Assembly (NCBI GenBank): GCA_002269645.1
Contig: NIVC01003754.1
Location: forward strand, 14,804-78,803
Length of the DNA: 64,000 bases
DNA from: Macrostomum lignano
Lineage: Eukaryota
Reading direction: 5' to 3'
The notes under the pieces are model-generated. The model worked only from the letters and a program-made list of their open reading frames with translations, was not told the DNA's origin and did not search any database. A program made the position numbers and the translations under genes. Positions 35,558 through 48,220 of the stretch are shown here, in pieces. Positions within the stretch are counted from its first letter, which is position 1. Each line of letters starts with the position of its first letter.

Positions 35558-36946
35558 TGCCCCAGCATGCAATCTTTAGCCAAAGGAATAGAAATTGGTC
35601 ATACAGGTTCAGATTGGTACTGTAGAGGCTCTCGCAAATCACATTAACATAGTGCTCTTTCTGGTAAATCTGAAAGAGTTGTGCAACATGCAGTCAAGCA
35701 TTGTCCATTTGCAAGCTGATCTCGCTTAGTCAGACTAGGCTAGGTTGGAGTGCAGAGTATGCCGCAGGTTCCAATTCACCAGAGGTAGCTCACCATCTGA
35801 GGGTCTCTCTGAGGCAATGCAGTCACTGAGAATCGCTTCTTGACTGTAAAAATGACCATCAGCAGGGACTTCCGCTTCGTCATGGCATTCGGGCGCACGA
35901 TCTGCTTACAGGGCTCTCCCCTCTCAAGCCAAGTCCTGTTGTCGGTCTTGATTCCGAGCATTCCAGGACACCTATGTCTCGTCTTGCACAGCGTACAGAT
36001 CGTGTGGGGTACCCACACCGCATACCCACCTCAGCTGCAGGTCCTCTCGAAGGATGCGAAGTTTTGTGCTATGGTCACTACTCAGCTAAATCACGAAACG
36101 AAAGGTGGGGATCCTCACAGACTATCTCCTTCACCTTCATTGCCAGCTCACCTGTCCTTGAGCCTGAAGACACTCAAGGGTTTTGAGCCTGGCTCTAAGT
36201 GAGTTTTTGTCGTAGCGAGCCAGTTTTTTGGAAGCAAGTTTGTCCCAAAGTATTTATCGGTATCTGCCTAATTTCTGAAGTTTATTTTTGCCCTTCTTTC
36301 ACCCGTTCTTGGGGTTTTCTTTTAGCTTTTCTTTTTACTAACTGAATCAAATCAGTAGCAGAATGTAATGGTTACTAGGACCGGATTCGCGTGAGTGACT
36401 AACCAGTGAAGTGTGAGAAAAAGGGTACAAGACAATAACAAATAATAAACCCAGACCTGGGGCAGATGGCCCCGCCAGCTAATCCACAAAACCACCCACT
36501 TGGCCAGCCAATCAAAACCCCACCTGGGGTGGTTGTAGCACCTGCGCGAAAGCCGGTCAGAACCAGCAGGGCACAGAAACTTTTTAATATGTAATGTTGT
36601 CTCTATTTTGCTCAAAAGCAGTCTGACAATTGATACCCTTATGATAATGATGCTGATAATTAAAGTCAAGTAAATAATAAAAGTTTTAGGTGTATTTTTA
36701 TGAATACATATTCTACATTATTTAATGAATCTTGTGATATCACATGCTGATAATATATATTGTTAAATGATCTGTTCCAGAACCGCTGGATGCTACAGTG
36801 AACAGTTCCTGCATTTTCATTTAAAATATACTATTTAAGAAGAGCATTGCAGAGACTGAATTATATTAATCAATACTGTTAAAAGCAACACGAATACTCA
36901 ATAGAAACACTTAATTCTCAGAAGCAAGACCAGAAGAGCCTCTGCA

Positions 36947-39900
36947 ATGCTACCGGCGCTTGATCCTTTGCATATCCTTGCTCTGCACTGCAACCAGTGT
37001 CCTTTTCTAACCCTTAGCGTGGCCCGGCTATTTGAACACTGCATGAGCCACAAGGATTCCAGCGACTGCACACTGCTGCAATGCCAACAGTGCGGCATTG
37101 TTGCCACCCACCGGGGCATACTGGAAGAGCACACCCAGGCCTGGCATCCATCTGCACCACTCTCTGTCAGGCAGATTTCCACTACTACTGTACAGGTATG
37201 CGGTAGCTTAATGAATAAATCCAAGTTAAACATTTTTAATGAAAAGCTTCGTTCTCATCGATTAGTATTGGTTTATAAAAACCTTTTAGTAGACTTACTA
37301 AAGCAAAGGAAAATTGCTCTCGCAGCGCCACAATAGATTCGCGTGCACCTTAAACTCTTGGGCACATAATAGCATCTCATTTTGAAAAGATCATAATTAC
37401 AGAGCTTTAAACTTAAAAAAACGAAGTCCTGAACTTTCATAGTGCTGCAGATAAACAAAGTACCCTATTGCATTGGACTATAACGTGGGTGCCAGCTTAG
37501 AGATATTTTTTATTTTAAATAATCTTTCAATGTCTCCACTGTAACGATACCGCTTTTGATAAACAGGCCGCCGGCTCCACCAACGGCCGGTTGCAGTTTC
37601 CGCGCTACGGCTGCCAGTTTTGCAGCTTTCGTAATGACGACCATGTCAAGGTGAGCCGGCACTACCTGTCCGTGCACAACATCACCAACGTGGATTTGCA
37701 CGCCAAGGCGGCCGCTGTTGATGGCTTTGGTGAAGACTTCGCCCAGCAACAGCAGAACCATAGCCTGTGTAATCAGCAGTCACCACGGCTGCAGCAGCGC
37801 AAGCAGCAGCAACAGGAGTCTTCGCCACTGCCAGCAGCCTCCGTGCAGCTCGTACAGCTCTCCACCTCTGCACCTTGTATGTCATCAGCTCCGACATCGG
37901 CAGCTGCCGCTTCTACCTCACCTCTGTCGGCAATTCTCCCAACAGTAACCTTGATTCGGCAGCCGCAGCAGCAGCAACAGCAGCAGTTTTTGTTACAATC
38001 TGGCTCCATGTCGGGGGCGGGGTCTTCAACAACTGCTACTGCTCGCTCGGCGTCCGATGATAGCGGATACGAGGCGGAGCCCCAGCTGCCGCTGCTGCCT
38101 GGCATTGGCAAAGTGGAGACTCTGGACGATTCTGAGCCAACAGCATCTGGTGAAGAGGACTTGGTGAGTTAATGAGCATGTGTTCATTGACTCATTGGTC
38201 AATGATTATCAATGATGATTGGTGAGTTTTGTTATGAGCATGTGTTCATTGACTCATTGGTCAATGATTATCAATGATGATTGGTGAGTTTTGTTATGAG
38301 CATGTGTTCATTGACTCATTGGTCAATGAGTATCAATGATGATTGGTGAGTTTTGTTCTGAGCATGTGTTCATTGACTCATTGGTCAATGAGTATCAATG
38401 ATGATTGGTGAGTTGTGTTATGAGCATGTGTTCATTTACTCATTAGTCAATGATTTATCAATGATCATTGGTGAGTCAATGAACTGACTGTATGGTGAGT
38501 GTAAAAGAATGTATCGTGAGCATTTGGATTTGCAGTTATCCTTTATTGCGTTTCTCGTAACCCGAATCGCTTTTCATCCAAGCTACAGTTCAGTCTGTAT
38601 ACCTTCAAGTAGAGAAACAGACCCTGTTGGGTATTGGCAAGGTGGCTGTAGCCCCGAAGTGCGTTTTCCCTAGCTTTTGTCCCAACCCAACTTACCCATT
38701 CTCACATCCCGTACTCACCGCATTTTTGTCCCTTTCCACTCCCTTCGCTCTCGCCTTTGCTCACCTTCCTCCAACCCCCTGAGTTCCCGGCCCCCTTAGC
38801 GCCACCACGGTCGGGGTGGCCTGTAAACTGTTCGCAAGCCTAGCCGGGTGGCTTTTCTCCTATTCCACCCCGGAATCAACTGCCTCTCAGCTCCTGGTCC
38901 CCTTCGTCCCCTTCGTGTTGCCCAGCCTCGACGACCTCCCATTTTTCTGTCCAACCTCGGGACTGGATATATTTGACGCTCTCCCTCTATTGCGGCTGAG
39001 GTAAGGGGGACAGGAGAACGTAGGATAGTGAGGGTCCCCGTAGCTCTGTTAGCTCCCCTTCCGCCTCGTCCCCGCTGCATTCCCTTTTCTCCTCTTTCTC
39101 CCCTGTGCGGCCCTTTTTTAATGCTTTGCCCCAGGACGCTAGGCAAACAACAAGTAGTTGGGTTTGGGACCCTACACTAAATGAAATATTTGTGCCATTC
39201 CTGACCGAGAGAACTGTATTGGGACTCCTGTTACATTGGTATGGCTAGATATATATTTTGTTGGTTGGGTGGCTTGAACATACTTGGAAACCGCGCCTTG
39301 CTGCTATAAGGGATTTTGTATGTCGGTAATCTGGGACTGGGATGCTTAAGGCAAATGTTACACTGCTTGTCCTTATTTTTTACTGCTCATCCTGGGTGAA
39401 GTGCGGTGTGTATAGACTGTACTTCTACATACTGATACACTGATACATAATATTAATGTATTGTAATTGTAATGTATTGTAACTGGTCGATACAATCATC
39501 AGATGCTTGATTTAATATTGAAATGAGTTTGCAATTTACCACTGCCATTTAACAATCGCTAGGCTATATACAATAAATACCAAGTGAGCTCATATCGAAC
39601 TATTAGACGAGCTCTTGTACAGGGCGCAGGTTTTTGGCCAAGGCTAAGTAAAGGAAGCGGGCGGCGCTGCTTGGGAGGTGGCTCTGCCCCTCTCCCCCGG
39701 TGTGCCGCGCCATGGCCTGCTGGCGCCCCTTGCCTCTTTTCTTCTCCCTCTCAGGATCTTTTCTGTGCTCTCTTCCCCTTCTCTCCCATTGCCCTAGTGG
39801 CCTGAAAGCCCCCTAGCCTGCCCAGCCCTCAGCCGCTTCCCTTTAACGGCCCCGGCCCCGCACTACAGTGTACGTGGGCACTATGCCTGGCCCAGCCAGG

Positions 39901-42900
39901 GCACAGGCACGAGTGGCTTTGACTGGGGGGAGGGTGGCGACTAAAGCCCACATTGTATTAGTCAGCCCGCATTCTGCCTTGGCCCCACATGTTTATTCCT
40001 GTTTCTGCACTCCTTCGCCTATGGTTTGGCTAGTACAGGGCAAGCTGCCCCATATGATACGACAGGATTCTAGTTAATGCATCTGGGATTAGTTTAACTT
40101 TAATTTTACTATCTTTCACACATGTACAGGAGTACAGTACTTTTACTTCAAAGCTCTTTATTCTTAAGAAGCGTAGATGCTTGGTCTGTTACAGGCACTG
40201 CAGAACAATTTTTGCAGAGTTTCAGATTACAGACACCAACGCATTATTTTAGTGCAATTTTGGCGCCACAGGCATAATTTTAGCGCCAGTTTAGCGCCGC
40301 AGACGAGATTTTTCAGGGGTATATAAAAAATTCATTAGGGCCCCTATTTTCACTGACCTCTTTCTGACCTTTTTCTGATTTGTATCGCTCTGCTTGTCCC
40401 AATCCATCTAGAAGCTATTATAATGCCTTTGCACCAAACAGAGCTCCAACAGCAGTTAACCGCAGTAATATTATCTGAGCAGTGCATATTCACTGACATG
40501 AGCTACATACATCTAAGAAAGCTTATTTTAAGTACTTCAACAGCAACACAAACGAATTAACATGAAAGTTGTTGCTGGGCACCACTGACAAGTCCCTTAA
40601 AATTCCTACTCCATATGACTTCAGTTAAGCCAAAATGATACCTGCCAATTCGCATTGTCATTAAGGTACTATACTATACTATTAGGTACTATACTATTCT
40701 CAAGGTAGAGCATCAGTGAGTAACCAGCTTGCGTAGTACATAGCAAAGCCATCAACTTACAGTGTGAAAGACCCTTCTTTACTATTCCCCTTGCCCCTTC
40801 TCCCTTATTTCTTTTCCTTTCCCGCCTCCACTATAGGGCTAAGCAGAACAGACCGAGATCTGGGGGCATGGGGAGGTCGGATAGAATCGAGACTTGGAGA
40901 CCGACCAAGGCGAGGGTTCCCTCAAGCCTCCCGTTTTCTTCCATTCCGGGGCGGTTTGACCGCCTGCCCCGGCCCGACCGCTTCTATACAGCGCGCTTTT
41001 GGGCCCGCACCGCCACGCGAGCTCTGCAGCGGCTAGTAGAGCGAGGGCGGGAGAGAAAGGGGCTCCCCCAACCCACCCTACCCTGCTGCCTCGTCCCCCT
41101 GCTCCTACTGTACCCCTTTCTGTCCTCTATTTTCCTTTCCTAGTGCCGTGGCCCAACGGATTCCGTCCCCACCTATGCTGGCATCATTCGGGCCTGGGCT
41201 TTAGCCGAGGTCTCTTTCTTCTGCCTCACTGCAGCCCCCTCGTCTCTTAGTAAAGCCTTTGTTGATTGTGTGTACATGCCTCTCTCCCTGGCTTTAGCTG
41301 AGAGGGTGCTATCGGTAGGGTGCTGGTTTGAAACCCCACCCTGACATCGCCTGTTTTGCAGCTCACTGCCTTCTGTATCTCAGTAACAGCTGCAAGCCAC
41401 CCTGCCCATGAAGTAAAGCAGTTTAGCTGGTTTCGCTTCCTATTCTCAATCGTCTATTTTCTGCCTTACCAGCGTACTATTCGTTATCCCAAAGCATTTA
41501 GTCTTCTCAAATTAAACAGTCATCTGAACTGTCTGACTACTGGGCCCATGAGGATTTCAAGTGGCTTTTCTATTAATCAAAATTATGTTGGCTGGCTGTA
41601 TTGTTTTAACATTGCGCGTTATTATCTTGACTAATAAATTGGATTATCCGACAATACTCGTGTTATGCTTTGTACAAGAGTAGTCTATGTAGGTAATTTG
41701 ACTGGATAATATCAATCAAGTTGAAAACCACATGCAGGGGTAAAAATACTATGAAACTATTGGGATTACTACGAGTAGATAGAGTTAGTCTGCCAACTTA
41801 GGCGAATCTGGGAGGGGCAAGGCTTCTTATATTTCGATATTGGCTCCAGAAATGTACAGTATAGCGCCTGCATATTGAAAGAGAAAAACAAATTTATCGG
41901 TAAAGTTAAACGGGTACAATGTAAAATTTCATTTAAAATCGTGTTTTACTGATTTTGCTCCGGCTATTCTGGTTCTGGAATCGCTCCATGATGTTCTTAG
42001 TTGTATCTTCATGCCCATCAGTACTGTCTAGCACGTCAGCACCATTTTGTGGCTTGAAAATTGAACTAGATGTAACTCGTATAAGCATGGAAACGTAGGA
42101 TGCAACAGTCATAACAGTAAAACTACCGGGGCGTTTCCGGAACGTAGAAACGCAGGCACACGAAATTCAACGAAGTCAGAGCTGATGCAGTCAGATTTGG
42201 TCGACATGCTGGTGAAATTTGGAGGCTTGGCAAGGCCGCATTGAGGCGCAGTGCTGTTTGGTGCACAGGGGTTTGTTTAATACACTAGCGCTTTGAATTT
42301 TTGAATACAATACTCTAAATCCAAGCTTCTGGCAAAGTTGTTGAATGTCTCGACGGTCGGGAGGGCTGGCCTCTTGATTCTTGTTTGCAAAAGTGCACAA
42401 CTAAAAGATAGTCTGTGTTCTTAAATTTTGTGTGCTTGCGTTGCTCCGTTCCAGCGTAGGCGTTGCACAAATTTACCCTCTACAGTAGTTCAACGTGCGG
42501 AAAAATAGCTTGGTATTCCTACTGTTAATGCTAAAAACTGAGCTTTGACAGTAGGACAGCAGTAGACTCAGATTTTAAATGGTGTTAAGCAATGAGTAAC
42601 AAACTTGCTTCAGTGAAATTAGCTTCCATTGTACTTTCAAAATGACTAGCAATCTTTGCTCCGTTAGGGAGGCAACTAATGAAGTGAAAACCTTTCCAAA
42701 GCCACTGGTTATAATAAAGTCTTATGTACATGTTTTACCACAGTCCACAGAAGTTTTTAAGGCAGGATCTTTATGCGAAAAAAAACATTCCCCTAATATC
42801 ACGCTCTCCCGCCAAGTTCAAGATCAAATGCGCTCGTTTAAACAGCGTTACTTGAGCTCCGTAATAATGAGTCCGTAGTTGCCGTCTGTGTTATCTAAAT

Positions 42901-43974
42901 GTTCTCCGCACTTGTAACTTCATCTACCCAAGCAGGAGGACAGCGAGATGATAACAGACAACTCGCTGATTATGGACTCGGTGGCCTCCATGCGCGCGGG
43001 TAGCAGCATTCTGACCATGTCGCTGGAGCCCGACTATGATGATAGAGTCAATGGCGGTCTCAGTCTGAAAGTTTTCCCTGCAGGCGCTGCTGCCACTGTC
43101 GATGCCCCGCCTGCCACCACGGCCGCCTCCTCTAGCGCCGCTGCCTCCGTGCCTGCTAACTCTGAACCTGTTAGCAGATCTACGCCTAAGTCCAGCAGTC
43201 TGACCTTTCACCAGGCCACCACGGCGTCCATGGCCTGCAAGCCCAACAGGGATAAGGCGCAATTGAAAATGGTAGGCCTTAATTTCAGACTGTGTATAGA
43301 CCGGTGGATAGCTATAGCTAGTCTGATTGAATAGCTGTATGGGCTTTCAATACTAATTAGTAATTCATGGGTGCACACACCAACCCGCATAGTTTGGGCC
43401 TGTCCATACAGCTCAGTACTGTTAACATGAGATTTCATATACAACTGTATATGGCTCTTAGTCTAGCTCAATGCCAGGAAATGATTGAGCTGAAACTCCA
43501 ACTACCACCCAGATCCCAGTGGAGAGCTTCGGCAAGCGCTACGAGGTTCTGACTCGAAACCTGCGCCAGATGGGCGGCCGGCTGCTCATCGGACAGCGGC
43601 TGGACCGGGGCACCCTGGACTTTTCCTGCCAGTGCCGCTATTGCCGCCGGGTAGTGAAGCTGAGCAAACCGAAAGCCTACAAATTTAAGATTCACCTGCG
43701 CACCTGCAAGGAGCGCCGCAAGACTCCGTCAGATGGCGTTGAAACAGTCGCAGCAGGCAGCGCAGCAGCTAAGGATGCCGAAGAACTTGAAGCTACAGCT
43801 CCTGCTGCACAAAACCGACTGTCCGTGAGGCAGCAGCAAGAGGAATTCGAAGATGATGAAGAGGAAGCGGAGCATTCAAGTCTGGCTGCCTCGGAAACTC
43901 GGCCAGACGGTGGCGCCGACTCTCCATCGCCTCTGATCGACCTGCCGCTGGCATCTCAGGAAATTCCGGCCTGA
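36947..43974 (+). CDS. Zinc-finger protein gene (3 C2H2 fingers plus a C-terminal C2HC/BED-like finger), 4 coding exons, ~548 aa from this ATG
   Basis: Exons 36947-37195 (acceptor at 36921), 37567-38163, 42933 (or 42936)-43271, 43513-43974. All GT-AG, all phase 0, open to TGA. Fingers: CNQC-x12-HCMSH, CQQC-x12-HTQAWH, CQFC-x12-HYLSVH, CRYC...HLRTC, with Q/A/S-rich linkers. True start may lie upstream. Confidence 0.8.
38164..38500. repeat. 62-bp tandem repeat, ~5 copies, starting at the exon/intron boundary
   Basis: Unit register 38231/38293/38355/38417. Each unit contains TTG-GTGAGT. Confidence 0.9.
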
Positions 43975-45664
43975 CAGAGTCTAGATCTCAATCAGGTGTC
44001 CAACTCACTTTTCCTAGGCTGTTTGCGTTTTGTCTGGCATTAAATTGGAACATCCTGGATCAAATTGGGTGTTCTAAACTTTGCTAGCTATTCCTTATTA
44101 TTAAAAACACAGCTTTAGAGTACAAAATGATTAATTACAATAGTGCGTACCCAGCCTGGAAGGAACACCACGAGAAAACAGAGAAGCTCCTGCGAAACCA
44201 GGTATAAAAACCCTCAGCAGGCGGAGGGGGAGGGCCGCTGCACACAGGAGGGTAGAAACAAACACAACGCACAACCCCCACGCCAACCCGCGCATGCACA
44301 AAGGCGGAAAACCAGCCCCCGGGGGTACTAAAGCTGGTCTGGTCATCGGCACTCCTCAGAGCAAACCAAGGCATGGTGCAGAATTAATATACTCTAAACA
44401 GAAGTTTGGTGTGGTCTGGTCCTGGAATAGAATTCAGTGTGTCCTGTCTTCAGCAGTCAAAATAAATGAGCTCTCAGTACCGGCATTAGCTTGCAACCAA
44501 CCCGCCAGATGTAATCATTAGGAACAGGACCTTAGTCGACGAGATAGCTAGGATAGACACGCTGGGGCTGTAGTAGAATTTGACTCATTGTCGTGCTTCA
44601 TTACACATTACTCATTAGTAATGAGTCATTACGCATGGCTATGCACTCTCGCGGTGGGCAAGAATGCCATACAGATATACTGCTTCTAAGAAAAGTCTGC
44701 CTGTGTTATTATTGTGTTGATATTTACATGTAGCTTTACAGATCAAATACAGTTTTTATGTTCTGCCATGCATATTTTGATCTCTAACAGATTGGCGCAA
44801 CTGAGAAAATAGCTTTATTGCATGTAAGCCACTAATTAATTATCTGCTTCTGCTGTGGCTCTCCTGATCGCGACTGTTATGCTATTTTTCACAGCCTAAT
44901 AGAATTTTTATACTCCCTAAACTACCATTATCGCAGTGCAATCGCGGTCTTGTAAATTAGATACCTGCCTCTTTTTCCTTTCTGTTTTTGTTTCCATCTA
45001 GAAAACCTATTGGCAGCGTTTTAGTTAACTGTTGACAGAAAAAATTAGTAAATTTTCCAATGTGTTCACTATAGGAACTCCAATCTCTTTTATTCCGCTT
45101 CTGAGTGCGTCTCTTACTCATAAAGCTTACTATTTTAACTGATGCTAATATATTATTGTACACTGTTGTTCAAATGGCTGTACACTTAGCTTGCTTGTCT
45201 TGCTACCCTGTGGAGCATTACTCTTGGTATGTTTTAATAAACGTCATATTTACTCATAATTCATTTCTCACCCTGGTTGCGGACAAGTCTTCTGATTCTA
45301 TGCAGCACCTATCCGAACTGTTTTTATCTGCAAATAACTTGTACACTGATTGAGTTCCTATTAGACACTGTCAGTTGTCGCTATCTTCCTTCTCTGTCTA
45401 GTCATTAAACCTGCATGTCTGCATTCACCATTGTTTCTGGCTGGTAAGCCAGCAACTTATAAATGCCTGTTAATGCCTGCTTGGCTATGATGACCGTGTC
45501 TGCATTTTCACTATTTGCAGCGTATTCGCTTTAACCGAACTTGCAGTATCATTAACACGTCTCGTATTCTGCCTAAATGTTCGGCGCGCTTGGGTTGGCG
45601 TTTTGTTCCGTATGCGTTACATGACATTTTTTCTATGTAATTTGCTTCATTTTTCTGCATCCGC

Positions 45665-46365
45665 ATATGATTGAGCAGTTTGAGTTCTGGTGCGGGATGA
45701 ACCGCTAAGCTGTTGATTTGGCTGAATATGATTGAGCAGTTTGAGTTCTGGTGCGGGATGAGCCGCTAAGCTGTTGATTTTGCTGAATATGATTGAGCAG
45801 TTTGAGTTTTGGTGCGGGATGAGCCGCTAAGCTGTTGATTTTGCTGAATATGATTGAGCAGTTTGAGTTCTGGTGCGGGATGAACCGCTAAGCTGTTGAT
45901 TTGGCTGAATATGATTGAGCAGTTTGAGTTCTGGTGCGGGATGAGCCGCTAAGCTGTTGATTTTGCTGAATATGATTGAGCAGTTTGAGTTTTGGTGCGG
46001 GATGAGCCGCTAAGCTGTTGATTTTGCTGAATATGATTGAGCAGTTTGAGTTCTGGTGTGGGATGAGCCGCTAAGCTGTTGATTTGGCTGAATATGATTG
46101 AGCAGTTTGAGTTTTGGTGCGGGATGAGCCGCTAAGCTGTTGATTTGGCTGAATATGATTGAGCAGTTTGAGTTTTGGTGCGGGATGAGCCGCTAAGCTG
46201 TTGATTTGGCTGAATATGATTGAGCAGTTTGAGTTCTGGTGCGGGATGAGCCGCTAAGCTGTTGATTTTGCTGAATATGATTGAGTAGTTTGAGTTCTGG
46301 TGTGGGATGAGCCGCTAAGCTGTTGATTTGGCTGAATATGATTGAGCAGTCTGAGTTCTGGTGGG
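45665..46365. repeat. 61-bp tandem repeat, ~11.5 copies
   Basis: Unit ATATGATTGAGCAGTTTGAGTTCTGGTGCGGGATGAGCCGCTAAGCTGTTGATTTTGCTGA; contiguous, no spacers. Confidence 0.95.
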
Positions 46366-47489
46366 TTATTTTGCAACAGACTGACGTTTTGTTGTAAATA
46401 TTCGTTGCATAGCTAAACAATGCTTGTGTTCACTTTAGCCGATTTCTCTTGCACTTCAATGCGTGCTGCCCAAATTTACTGACCCAATCCATTGTTGATA
46501 TCTACTTAGGTTCTTTTTTCTCTAAAGCTATCGCATAAGCGCAATAATTATATGTAACTGTGTCCACTTTTGCCAACATTTGGCTCTGTCTAGCAGCTCT
46601 AGACCAATAATGATATTCTAACTTGTATACACAATACGTGTACGCGTATATCTCTTGTTGCAGTCTTTTCTGATATTGAGATGATTGGGTCCCACAGGGG
46701 AGACTGCTGCCTGAATCTGTGCCCCATTCAGTACCCAAGTGGCCCGACTCATGGACTCTTGTACTTCGACGGTATTTCCGGAGCGAATTCTTCCGTGGGT
46801 ACCGATTAACTAATGAGATTGATTAACTAGTACTTTAAAGCGGTATCTTGGGTTTTTTTATTTCACTGAAGCTAATTTACTTCCAGTAATACTGCATTGG
46901 CATATTGTACGACGTAATATCGTCCATAAGATAAGTGCAACTCTGAATCGTCGGATGCCAACATGCCAACAAGTCGACAAATTCGTCCGAATGCTCATTT
47001 ACATGAAAAGTGCTATAAATGTACATGCAGACCCAAGTGAGCAAGGCCAAAGGAGCACATACATTTATGAATAAACTTATCGGGTGGCGGCACATAGAGA
47101 AAGCACGGCACAGCCCCGGAGGTGACTGAAAGCTGACATCTGTTCAAGGATTTTTAAGGTGATTAATAAGTTTAAAAGGACTTCGCGTTTAGAAAGCTTT
47201 GCTCGTTTGAGTTTCTAGCTTAATTTAATGTTTACGTGCACTAGCTAGCTCCTAATATTTTATTTAAACCGCACTGCACTGCCCTGCTTTGTTGCAGCGC
47301 TATGCTCGTAGCAAGGACAACAAGGCAATTATTATTATGTTTAAAATAATGACAAGACCAATTTAACATGAAAAATCGATTAATGCGTCGTTAGAGCAGC
47401 ATGTAAAGCACAAAATAGTGTGATTAGAACTTTCTCTGACACTGTTAAGAGACCCATGCAATCACTGTTTTAGTGTTGAAAATCGTGAA

Positions 47490-47750
47490 ATTTCCTATAT
47501 CCGTAGTGTATTTTCTCATGAAACCTGCCTTTAAAACTATTTCTGAACGAAAAGCTTTATGAATAACTATTTCTGAACGAAAAGCTTTATGAATGGTCGA
47601 TAGAGCAATAAGAATTAAGGCACAACATATCACAAGATGAACACTGGATCTGCCTCCTATCAAAAGCAAAAACAAATTTTGTGCTGAAAAATTAAAACCT
47701 CCTATCTCTGTAGTGTATTTTTGGCGAAAAGTTACCTTCAAAACATTTAC
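47490..47750. mobile_element. Diverged fragment of the MITE D family
   Basis: Shares CACTGGATCTGCCTCCTATCAAAAG, TTTTGTGCTGAAAAA and TTTCCTAT.TCCG.AGTGTATTTT blocks with 16420-16682. Confidence 0.65.
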
Positions 47751-48220
47751 CATAGATTTCGAGTGTTGCGTCCTATATGTTACTTTGAGTAGTCCTTGGC
47801 CCGTAGCTGCCTACCGTTGTACTGTGGTAGTGGGACTAGCTGATACTTTGTGTTTCTGTTTGGGGCGTCTATTTGAATGGCTCTTTGCATCTGCCGAAGT
47901 TTTTTGTACATGTATCTACCCGTCGAGTGCATGGCCCCACTCGTAGCCGAGTTTTTACGAATTCCAATAGATGGTCCTTTATACTGTGCCACGCAAGCTC
48001 CGCGTTTTACTGTGCCAACAGCGCGGTGGTCACGCTGTTGGTCCCGCGGAGGGCCGAGGCTAAAATTCCGCCACGGATGGACCATGCGATGGACCATGTC
48101 CTGCAGGATCAATTTTTTCCTTTTGACTTCTAATATACATCATGTGGTAAGCAGGCTCTATTAATGTACATATTCTTTCTCATTTTCTCAGTTTTTTATC
48201 TTAATTTGTATTTTAATACC

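Noticed and set aside
35840-36198. Upstream coding exon of the zinc-finger gene
   Set aside because: The donor AA|GTGAGT (36199) is phase-compatible with the acceptor at 36921, but the translation has no recognisable features and the opposite strand looks more coding-like. Left unresolved.
45665-46365. CRISPR-like array (also considered for 38164-38500 and the 21-23-bp arrays)
   Set aside because: Units are contiguous with no unique spacers, there are no cas genes, and the context is eukaryotic.
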